Source: a virus
IMG/VR virus record: IMGVR_UViG_3300020442_000015
Span: 1 to 64,000 of that record
Strand: one strand, 5' to 3'
Length of the DNA stretch: 64,000 bases
Shown here: one piece after another, positions 10,127 to 18,007 of the stretch
How the letters are laid out: each line of letters opens with the position of its first letter
Numbering within the stretch: position 1 is the stretch's first letter
Translations under genes and position numbers: made by a program
Notes under the pieces: model-generated
Database searches by the model: none
Seen by the model: the letters and a program-made list of their open reading frames with translations, nothing else
Told to the model about the DNA's origin: nothing

Positions 10127-10876
10127 ATGCCACCTAGAAAGCGTAAGACCCCAGTATCGTCTAGTATGTCTGCTAAACAGATGCGTCGTAAGAAACCGAT
10201 CAACCTTGATCATCTCAAGACTATCGAACCACTCACTCCAAACCAGGAGAGAGTGTTCACATCGTATGCTGAAGGCAAGAATTTAATTCTTCACGGTGCT
10301 GCTGGTACTGGTAAAACTTTTATCAGTTTGTACCTTGCAATGAAGGATGTGATGGAACCATCTTCTCCATACGAGAAGGTATATATGGTGAGATCTCTTG
10401 TCCCAACACGTGAGATTGGTTTCCTTCCTGGAGATCACGAGGACAAGTCAAACTTGTACCAGATTCCATACAAGAATATGGTGAAGTATATGTTTGAGAT
10501 GCCTGATGATGCAGCATTTGAAATGTTGTATGACAATCTACGTTCTCAAGAGACAGTATCTTTCTGGTCCACCTCATTCATTCGTGGTGTGACTATGGAT
10601 AACTGTGTCATTATCGTAGATGAATTCAGCAACTTGAATTTCCACGAACTTGATAGTATAATTACTAGGGTAGGTGAAAACTGTAAGATCATCTTTAGTG
10701 GTGACTACTCACAGTCCGACCTTGTGAAATCCAACGAGAAGAATGGTGTCCTGGACTTTATGAGAATCATTCAGACAATGCAGTCTTTTGATGTTGTGGA
10801 GTTTGGTATCGAAGACATCGTTCGCTCTGGTCTGGTCAGAGAATATCTGATTAGCAAAATTAACCTTGGTATGTAA
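10127..10876 (+). CDS. phoH: PhoH family ATPase
   Basis: GAAGTGKT, IGFLPG, RGVT, IVDE, DIVRSGLV. Confidence 0.96.
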   Translation: MPPRKRKTPVSSSMSAKQMRRKKPINLDHLKTIEPLTPNQERVFTSYAEGKNLILHGAAGTGKTFISLYLAMKDVMEPSSPYEKVYMVRSLVPTREIGFLPGDHEDKSNLYQIPYKNMVKYMFEMPDDAAFEMLYDNLRSQETVSFWSTSFIRGVTMDNCVIIVDEFSNLNFHELDSIITRVGENCKIIFSGDYSQSDLVKSNEKNGVLDFMRIIQTMQSFDVVEFGIEDIVRSGLVREYLISKINLGM

Positions 10877-10878
10877 TT

Positions 10879-11547
10879 ATGTTCAAAACAGTGGGACCTC
10901 CTGTTCCACTAACTGAAATGAATGCCGTCACTAAAGGTGACGGTCTTCGTTTATATGAAGTTGGTGATGGTAAATGGTATCCTTCCGTGACGACTGTCAC
11001 CAGTCATCGTAAAAAGGATTCTATTATCAAGTGGCGTAAGCGTGTCGGTGAAGCAGAAGCTAACAAAATTAGCGGGAGAGCATCAGCACGTGGCAATAAG
11101 TTTCACAGTATGGTAGAATCATACTTGAAGAACGAAACGGTTTCATTCGATGATAAGAGCCCTCTTGCCTCTTTCCTATTCAAAACTGCTAAGGAAACTC
11201 TTCATCGTATCGACAACATTCATCTTCTTGAGAGTCCTCTTTACAGTGATAGTCTTCGCATTGCTGGTCGTGTTGACTGCATAGCAGAGTACGATGGTGA
11301 ACTTGCTGTCATTGACTTCAAGACATCCACGAAAGAGAAGAAAGAATCCTGGATTGAAAACTACTTCGTTCAGGAAACTGCATACGCTGCGATGTACTAC
11401 GAACGTAGTGGCGTAAAGGTTGACAAGATCGTCACCCTCATTGCAACTGAAGAAGGTGGTATGCAGATCTTTGAAAAATATGATCTCGATTACTACTACG
11501 TTCTTCTTGAGGAGTACATCCAAGAGTTTATGCAATCCATTAAATGA
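10879..11547 (+). CDS. PD-(D/E)XK exonuclease (Cas4/RecB-like)
   Basis: YPSVTTV, AGRVD, IDFKTS, QETAY. Confidence 0.9.
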   Translation: MFKTVGPPVPLTEMNAVTKGDGLRLYEVGDGKWYPSVTTVTSHRKKDSIIKWRKRVGEAEANKISGRASARGNKFHSMVESYLKNETVSFDDKSPLASFLFKTAKETLHRIDNIHLLESPLYSDSLRIAGRVDCIAEYDGELAVIDFKTSTKEKKESWIENYFVQETAYAAMYYERSGVKVDKIVTLIATEEGGMQIFEKYDLDYYYVLLEEYIQEFMQSIK

Positions 11548-11789
11548 AAGAATTCAAAGACAAATTTATGACACAAGCAAAGTTTTCAACGATGGTTGAA
11601 GACGTGGTGAAGAATAGTAATGGTCTTGTGAATTACATTGATGCTGTCATTGTGGTATGTGACGAGTTAGAGATTGAGGTTGATACTGTCAACAAACTCA
11701 TCTCAAAACCGCTGAAAGACAAGATTAAGTTTAATGCCCAGCAACTAAACTTTGTAAAACGAACAAGCAGAGGAGTCCTCCCGATATGA
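11544..11789 (+). CDS. gp33: Late transcription coactivator gp33
   Basis: YIDA...C, KLISKPLKDKIK..A..LNF; synteny. Confidence 0.85.
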   Translation: MKEFKDKFMTQAKFSTMVEDVVKNSNGLVNYIDAVIVVCDELEIEVDTVNKLISKPLKDKIKFNAQQLNFVKRTSRGVLPI

Positions 11790-12127
11790 CGGAGCAACCA
11801 TTTTACGAATCAAATGTAATTAGAGAAGAACTAAAGGAGATGGAGCAACTCTATCTCGATCTTGCCAAACTCTCCTACAATCTTCCGCGCCTGAACCAGG
11901 AAGAAAAATTAGATCACATTCGGAAAACCCTGGAACTGATCGCCAAACAAAAGGTTTTCTATGCTAGACTTGCTTTGATGTCACACGAGGATGAAGAAGC
12001 ACGTGAAGTAAAGCATCGTATTGATACGATGACGGAGATGTATTCCAACGGGAAGCACATCAATCAAGTTCTAGACGAGATGGAGGAAAAACTCCTTGGT
12101 CTCAAAGCAACTCTTGACAACGCCTAA
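11786..12127 (+). CDS. DUF1825-like conserved protein
   Basis: LIAKQKVFYARLAL; located just before gp32. Confidence 0.7.
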   Translation: MTEQPFYESNVIREELKEMEQLYLDLAKLSYNLPRLNQEEKLDHIRKTLELIAKQKVFYARLALMSHEDEEAREVKHRIDTMTEMYSNGKHINQVLDEMEEKLLGLKATLDNA

Positions 12128-12186
12128 ATAATGCGTTACCCTTATTGGGTAGTACACACAACAAAAACACACACGAGGAACACACA

Positions 12187-13104
12187 ATGTCTTTTGCAAA
12201 TCTCAAGAAGAAGTCTGGTTCGTTTTCTAACCTGACCAAAGAGATTGAAAAAATGTCCAGCGGCGGAAAGAAAGTCGATGACCGCTTCTGGAAACCCCAA
12301 GTGGATAAGAGTGGCAACGGGTTTGCCGTTATCCGCTTCCTTCCTGAGTCCGAAGGTAGTGACCTTCCGTGGGCACAGGTTTGGAGTCACGCTTTCCAAG
12401 GTCCTGGTGGTTGGTTGATTGACAACTGCCCCACTACCAAAGGTGAAAAGTGTCCTGTTTGTGCTGCTAACACTGCTCTCTGGAACAGTGGAACTGAAGC
12501 AGACAAGGACGTGGCACGTAAACAAAAGCGTAAGTTGTCGTACTACAGCAACATCTATGTCGTCAAGGATCCTCTGAATCCTGAGAACGAAGGCAAGGTC
12601 TTCCTGTACAAGTACGGCAAGCGTATCTTTGACAAACTGATGGCAAAGATGCAACCCGACGAGAATGACTATGATCCGCAACCTGCATTCAATCCTTTCG
12701 ATCTCTGGAAGGGTGCTGACTTCAAACTGAAGATCAAGCAAGTCGCTGGTTTCTGGAACTACGATGACTCAGTGTTCACTACACCTGATGTCCTTGGTGG
12801 TAAGTCTGACACTGAACTTGAAGAGGTGTACAACTCGATGCACGACCTTGCATCATTCACTTCTGATGATCAGTTCAAGTCCTATGAAGAACTTGAGGGA
12901 CGTATGAAGCAAGTGCTTGGTCGTCCTGCTGCCACTCGCATCGATGAAGAAACGCTGGAGGCAGAATCTGACTTTAATGCCCCTGATATTACCTCTCGTA
13001 ATACCGAGGCACCTTCCTGGACTGCCACTGTGGACAGTAAAACAACTGGCACAGAGGATGAAGATCATATGTCTTACTTTGCTAAACTTGCAGAAGAAGA
13101 CTAA
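12187..13104 (+). CDS. gp32: Single-stranded DNA-binding protein gp32
   Basis: DDRFWKP.VDKSGNG.AVIRFLP, Zn ligands H/C/CPVC, SYFAKLA tail; start ATG 12187. Confidence 0.97.
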   Translation: MSFANLKKKSGSFSNLTKEIEKMSSGGKKVDDRFWKPQVDKSGNGFAVIRFLPESEGSDLPWAQVWSHAFQGPGGWLIDNCPTTKGEKCPVCAANTALWNSGTEADKDVARKQKRKLSYYSNIYVVKDPLNPENEGKVFLYKYGKRIFDKLMAKMQPDENDYDPQPAFNPFDLWKGADFKLKIKQVAGFWNYDDSVFTTPDVLGGKSDTELEEVYNSMHDLASFTSDDQFKSYEELEGRMKQVLGRPAATRIDEETLEAESDFNAPDITSRNTEAPSWTATVDSKTTGTEDEDHMSYFAKLAEED

Positions 13105-13109
13105 AGGTT

Positions 13110-13400
13110 ATGAAACGACTCGCTATCGCACTTGCAACTCTACTCGTCGCATCTCCTGCGATGGCGGGTCACGCCAGGCGATCTGGTGATGGGTTTGAAG
13201 TAGAACCTTCACACTGTGTCTACGATCAACTGTTCCATACTTGGAACTGCTGGTACAAACCAGTCAGACCTACTAGACAACCACGTCACTATCATAACCA
13301 CTATCATTACCAGCACGGTGGTCCTTACTTTCGCCCTAACAAGCACAATGAACACGGTGTTCCGTGTTACTTCTACAAGAAAGACGGTTGGTGTTTCTAA
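13110..13400 (+). CDS. Secreted His/Cys-rich small protein
   Basis: Signal peptide ending AMA; HYHNHYH run; two Cys pairs. Confidence 0.65.
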   Translation: MKRLAIALATLLVASPAMAGHARRSGDGFEVEPSHCVYDQLFHTWNCWYKPVRPTRQPRHYHNHYHYQHGGPYFRPNKHNEHGVPCYFYKKDGWCF

Positions 13401-14396
13401 TTAGTATCCGCCGCCGTAGTATCCACCACCAGACGATCCACTGCTTCCGCTAGATCCACTTGATCCAGAGGAACTACTGCTTGATCCACTGCTGCTACTG
13501 CTGCTACTGGAACTGCTGCTGGAGGAAGAGGAACTACTGCTTGAAGAGGTTGTGCTACTGGTATTACTGTAGGTGGTTGAGGTTGAGGGTGTTGTGCTAA
13601 CCGTTGTTGTAGTATCTTCGACGATTGTTGCACCTGTGCTCGTACCGCTACCAGAACCTCCAGAGGAGATAAGTGCAGTAGAAGAACCACTGCCAGATGC
13701 AGACCCAGTTGAAGCAGTGCTTTGACTGGGTTTTCTATAGTTTGTGATCCCGATGAACTCTTCAGCAAGAGTTGTTGGGGTCTTTTTGTTTCCGTCAACA
13801 TCGATCTCACCGTGTGGTAGATATGCTGCGAGTTTCTTGAACTCTTTTACGAAGTCATTAACATAACCTTCACGAAGCAAGAAGATGTTTCTCTTCTTTT
13901 CATTCTCCGCTGCTTCCATCTCATAATACGTGACTGGTTTCCTAGAATCTGCCTTAGGAACTATAGTTCCATCAGGTCTGATGAATTGGAACGACTCATT
14001 CACAATAAGTCCTTCATCCAGAACCTTGATACCGTCTGTTGTTTTTATTTCATACGTTTCATAGTGACTGACCTTATCAACTGAACCATACTTGTTCAAC
14101 ACGTGAGCATATAATTGCTCTCTTGTCATTGGCCAATCATCATATACATTGATGATGTTATTGCAGAGAAGAACAACCCAGTCTAAACCAGGGTCACCAT
14201 ACAACACGTTAGCAATCTGATCAGGACGCTCACCTTCACCGATTTCATACTGTACAAATCCAAGCAGTGCACCTTGAAGATCATCTCTGATCTTGATGCG
14301 ACGGAAGATGTTCTTAGTCAGTTGGAAAGGATGATTACCATTGACCTGAGAACGATCTCTGATGTATACGTTGGGAAGATACTTAAAATAACTCAT
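13401..14396 (-). CDS. gp53: Baseplate wedge subunit gp53 with Ser/Gly-rich tail
   Basis: MSYF, NIFRR, ERPDQIA..LYG...DWVVL..NNI, HYET. Confidence 0.9.
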   Translation of the reverse strand: MSYFKYLPNVYIRDRSQVNGNHPFQLTKNIFRRIKIRDDLQGALLGFVQYEIGEGERPDQIANVLYGDPGLDWVVLLCNNIINVYDDWPMTREQLYAHVLNKYGSVDKVSHYETYEIKTTDGIKVLDEGLIVNESFQFIRPDGTIVPKADSRKPVTYYEMEAAENEKKRNIFLLREGYVNDFVKEFKKLAAYLPHGEIDVDGNKKTPTTLAEEFIGITNYRKPSQSTASTGSASGSGSSTALISSGGSGSGTSTGATIVEDTTTTVSTTPSTSTTYSNTSSTTSSSSSSSSSSSSSSSSSSSSGSSSSSSGSSGSSGSSGSSGGGYYGGGY

Positions 14397-15445
14397 CTGA
14401 TCATATCTCGTGTGATGAAGGCAGTTTCCTTCAGTGTAAGTGCCATTTCCATAGCAGCAGGACCATAATCATCCAGTTCGCTTTGCAATCCTTTCAAAGT
14501 ATTCATCTGACCGTCAGGTGTGACGTTCATATTGAGTCCAGTGATCACCATCTTGGTTGGGAACTGCATAATCTCTCTGAGACGTGCACCTTTTCCACTG
14601 ATCTCTTCAACTCTAGTTTCTCCAGAACCATTTGACTCGACACGAACAATCGAGCATCTAACATAGTCAGGGATGTTCAGGTATCTAGCACCACCGTATG
14701 ACTCGGTGCCAGACTTCATAATTTTTTCCATAATGGAACCTTCTTCAACATTCCCCAACGGATCATAGTTACCAGCAGTACCACTGACTGATGGCAGCAT
14801 TGCTTTTCTGAGTGCGTTGAAGATGTTGTAGCATTCTCTCGCTTCTTCTGGATTGCGAGGTGCCATCTTAAAGTTAAAACTGTGCTCTCTATAGTTCACA
14901 CCACGGAAGGTGACTTCCTGGTACGGGTTGAACACTTTTTTATTGACAAGTGCGTTAATATCTTGTGCGCTGATGCTTCCTTCAAGACCAAGAGAACTGT
15001 TCACAGCACCAAGACCAGATGCAATAGCGTTCAAACCAAACTGAGGTTTGACACTCGCTGCAAACTGTTGGATGTTCGTGACTAGATCTCCACCCTGCCC
15101 TGCACCTTGTTCCGACAATGCTTTCAGAGCACCAACACCAGCGGGACCTAGAGTTGTCTCGTTATAGATGGTGTTATACGATTCTGAAAGATTATTGGGA
15201 AGATATAGATAAATAGTGAAACGAATCGGTTCACCTCTCGACCCTCCGTTGGGAGCATACATACCACCAGGATTCTTTCCCATATATGTGTATGGATTAC
15301 CAGCATTGCTAGAACTATCGTAGACCTGAATCTTCAGATAATCTACAACTCTAGTCTCTTCGGCATCCTGAACATCGATACCATCACGCGATGTGAATGG
15401 CATCTCAGGGAGAGCTCTTGGATATACAAGTGGGGCTATTGACAT
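14393..15445 (-). CDS. gp48: Baseplate tail-tube cap gp48 (start 15445, alternatively TTG 15487)
   Basis: IYLYLP, NPYQEVTFRGV..R.HSFNFKM.PRN..EA. Confidence 0.85.
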   Translation of the reverse strand: MSIAPLVYPRALPEMPFTSRDGIDVQDAEETRVVDYLKIQVYDSSSNAGNPYTYMGKNPGGMYAPNGGSRGEPIRFTIYLYLPNNLSESYNTIYNETTLGPAGVGALKALSEQGAGQGGDLVTNIQQFAASVKPQFGLNAIASGLGAVNSSLGLEGSISAQDINALVNKKVFNPYQEVTFRGVNYREHSFNFKMAPRNPEEARECYNIFNALRKAMLPSVSGTAGNYDPLGNVEEGSIMEKIMKSGTESYGGARYLNIPDYVRCSIVRVESNGSGETRVEEISGKGARLREIMQFPTKMVITGLNMNVTPDGQMNTLKGLQSELDDYGPAAMEMALTLKETAFITRDMIR

Positions 15446-15447
15446 TG

Positions 15448-15894
15448 ATGAAACAACAGAGATCTTATCAAGGTAGGTTTCAGCCAAGTTACCCTGGAAA
15501 GTATAAGGGGGATCCTACAAACATTATTTATAGATCTTTGTGGGAACGTAAACTGATGGTATGGTGTGATAGAAATGAATCAATTCTTGAGTGGGGTTCG
15601 GAAGAAATTGTCATTCCATACCGTAGTCCTGTTGACGGTAGGATTCACCGCTATTTTCCAGACTTTTATATACGAGCACGCACCAGGCAAGGAGGGATTG
15701 AGAAGTTCATTATCGAGGTTAAACCGAAAGCCCAGTGTGCGCCCCCCAAGAAACCTAAACGGCAAACCAAAAGATACATAAATGAAGTGAAGACATACGC
15801 TGTCAATGATGCCAAATGGAAGGCAGCGAAAGAATTTTGTGATGACAGGAGGATGAAGTTCCTTATTCTCACAGAGAAAGAGCTCAAAGTATGA
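15448..15894 (+). CDS. gp4: Head completion nuclease gp4
   Basis: KYKGDPTNIIYRSLWE, HRYFPDF, IEVKP, N.AKW.AA. Confidence 0.92.
   Translation: MKQQRSYQGRFQPSYPGKYKGDPTNIIYRSLWERKLMVWCDRNESILEWGSEEIVIPYRSPVDGRIHRYFPDFYIRARTRQGGIEKFIIEVKPKAQCAPPKKPKRQTKRYINEVKTYAVNDAKWKAAKEFCDDRRMKFLILTEKELKV
15525..15532 (-). promoter_or_regulatory. Late promoter for gp48-gp53, inside gp4
   Basis: Perfect TATAAATA on the minus strand. Confidence 0.7.
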
Positions 15895-16352
15895 GTGCTT
15901 ACACCGACATAAAATCATTAGCAAACAACAAGTCACAGAAATCATCGTGGTGGCGTAACCAGTTGTTCTTTTACCTGAGCTCCAACGTCAAGGGTGTTGA
16001 CAGCGTGATGCCTGGAACAGCAGTGACATTCGGGTATCGTGCAGAGTACGGTGAGAAGATGCAGTTCTGGGACAAGTTCCCAATGGTGTACATCTATGGT
16101 GAAGATGCAACGCACTTCTGGGGTGCCAATGTACACTACCTGCTACCTGAGTACAGGTTCACTGGGTTCAGCCCAGCAGCACCTGCTAAGACACTGCATA
16201 AATACTTGAGGAGCAATGTACTTACTCCGTTATATGGCATCGAAAACTCTGAGTGGCAAGATATTGGTTTAATTCCCTCGGAACAATTCGTAATGACATC
16301 TAACGGTAGAACGCTAGACATACCCCGCACGATAATTTACAAGCGACTCTAA
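15891..16352 (+). CDS. gp2: DNA end protector gp2
   Basis: FWDKFP, FWGANVHYL, LHKYL; follows gp4. Confidence 0.8.
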   Translation: MSAYTDIKSLANNKSQKSSWWRNQLFFYLSSNVKGVDSVMPGTAVTFGYRAEYGEKMQFWDKFPMVYIYGEDATHFWGANVHYLLPEYRFTGFSPAAPAKTLHKYLRSNVLTPLYGIENSEWQDIGLIPSEQFVMTSNGRTLDIPRTIIYKRL

Positions 16353-17080
16353 TGGGCGTCCCTAATTCATTCCTACAATTTCGTGATTTACTCTCGTCAG
16401 GTTCATTTGAACCATCGAAGGGTAATCTTTTTAGTGTGGAGATGGGTCTCCCTATAATGTTCCAATCCTCAGAGACAGTTCCAAACTTCAGAACTGACAC
16501 TAGAGAGATGTATGAAGCGGTCAATTACCTGGCAGACTCTGTTGTCATCCCCTCTCGTAACGTGACCACAGGTGAGGTCAAGCAGATTGGAATGACTAGA
16601 ACATATGGTACTGGTCAGACTGCAAATGAATTGTCTGTTTCATTCTTGCTGACTAAAAACAACTGGCATAGAAATTTCTTTGAGAAGTGGATGAATGCTA
16701 TTGCGCCTGACAATGAAAACCGTGTGGCATTCTACGATCACTACACCACAGACATTACAGTAAGGAAGTGGGAAAATGGATCTAACATTGTTGCTAAGAC
16801 CACAGTCGATGGAGAACCTCAATACTCCAGACTGAATAAAGCAACTGGTGTGTATTGTTTTGCGAGAGCATTTCCTTTTAATATTAGTAACATCACTTAC
16901 TCTAATGAAGCACAGTTGATGAAGATGGACGTGCAGTTTAAGTACGAACGTTATAGATTTACAACCAAGGTCAAGAGAAGGAACGAGTGGACATCTGACA
17001 TCATTCTTGATGACTTCAATGCATCAACACAGATACTCTCCACTGGTGCATTTGGAATCGACACCCGCTTTGGGGTCTAA
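16352..17080 (+). CDS. Tail tube / tube initiator protein (gp54/gp19-like)
   Basis: FFEKWMNAI, FYD.Y..DI, AFP.NI, VQFKY motifs; synteny. Confidence 0.75.
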   Translation: MGVPNSFLQFRDLLSSGSFEPSKGNLFSVEMGLPIMFQSSETVPNFRTDTREMYEAVNYLADSVVIPSRNVTTGEVKQIGMTRTYGTGQTANELSVSFLLTKNNWHRNFFEKWMNAIAPDNENRVAFYDHYTTDITVRKWENGSNIVAKTTVDGEPQYSRLNKATGVYCFARAFPFNISNITYSNEAQLMKMDVQFKYERYRFTTKVKRRNEWTSDIILDDFNASTQILSTGAFGIDTRFGV

Positions 17081-17108
17081 ATAGAATTACTGAATTGTTT
17101 TTTACACA

Positions 17109-17813
17109 ATGCCTTTACCAAAACTGAGCATTCCTGATTATGAATGTGTGCTCCCTCGTGGTCAAAAAGTCACCTACAGACCATTCCTAGTCCGTGAAGA
17201 GAAGTTGCTGTACCTGGCAATGGAAACTCAGGATCAAAAGGAAATGATGAAAGCGGTGAAAGAGATCATCAAGAATTGCACAAGTGTCAAGAAGGTCGAA
17301 GATCTTGCCACCTTTGAGATTGAATTCCTCTTCCTTAAGATTCGTGCCAAGTCTGTTGGTGAAATTAGTGAGTTCAAACTCACCTGCCCCGATGATGATG
17401 AGACTCAAGTTGATGTGGAAGTGAACCTTGATCAAATTGAGGTTACTGTCCCTGATGACCACACCAACGTTGTCAAACTGAATGATGAAGTGACATTGAC
17501 TATGAAGTATCCATCCCTGGATACATTTGTGAAGAATAACTTGTCTGACAATCCTGGTATTGATGACATCTTCAAACTGGCAGCAGATTGTACTGAATCT
17601 ATCGCTGAAGGAGACGAACTCCACGCAGCTAAGGACTACAAGAAGGCAGAACTTGTTGAATTCTATGAGTCTATGAACTCTAAGCAGTTCCAAGACGTTC
17701 AGAAATTCTTTGAGACTATGCCTAAGTTGAGTCACCAGATTGAACTATTCAATCCTAAGACTGAGGTTACCAGCACTATTACTCTTGAAGGTCTAGCGGC
17801 TTTTTTCGCGTAG
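17109..17813 (+). CDS. gp26: Baseplate hub assembly chaperone gp26
   Basis: MPLPK, YRPFLVREEK, FL.IRAKSVGE, FFETMPKL, LEGLAAFF; late promoter CTAAATA near 17077. Confidence 0.92.
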   Translation: MPLPKLSIPDYECVLPRGQKVTYRPFLVREEKLLYLAMETQDQKEMMKAVKEIIKNCTSVKKVEDLATFEIEFLFLKIRAKSVGEISEFKLTCPDDDETQVDVEVNLDQIEVTVPDDHTNVVKLNDEVTLTMKYPSLDTFVKNNLSDNPGIDDIFKLAADCTESIAEGDELHAAKDYKKAELVEFYESMNSKQFQDVQKFFETMPKLSHQIELFNPKTEVTSTITLEGLAAFFA

Positions 17814-18007
17814 CCCTAGCGCACGACTCTCTGTTGAACTTGTATGAGACGAATTTCGCTCTGATGCAACACCACAAGTACAGTCTGACTGAACTTGAAA
17901 ATATGATGCCCTGGGAGAGGGATGTGTATGTGAACCTTCTGCTTAGATACCTTCGAGAGGAGGAAGCTAGACAGAGGCAAGCAAACGGACAACATCAATC
18001 ACTTTAA
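17807..18007 (+). CDS. gp51: gp51-like baseplate hub assembly domain; -1 frame relative to gp26 (not in ORF track; first ATG at 17864)
   Basis: RVALAHDSLLNLYETNFALMQHHKYSLTELENMMPWERDVYV...; TAA 18005-18007 overlaps the next ATG. Confidence 0.85.
   Translation, partial: RVALAHDSLLNLYETNFALMQHHKYSLTELENMMPWERDVYVNLLLRYLREEEARQRQANGQHQSL

Noticed and set aside
10879-11547. Cas4-like nuclease suggesting CRISPR
   Set aside because: Core T4-like exonuclease; no repeat-spacer array or other cas gene seen
13397-13810. 137-aa minus-strand ORF
   Set aside because: Alternative frame of the gp53 low-complexity tail
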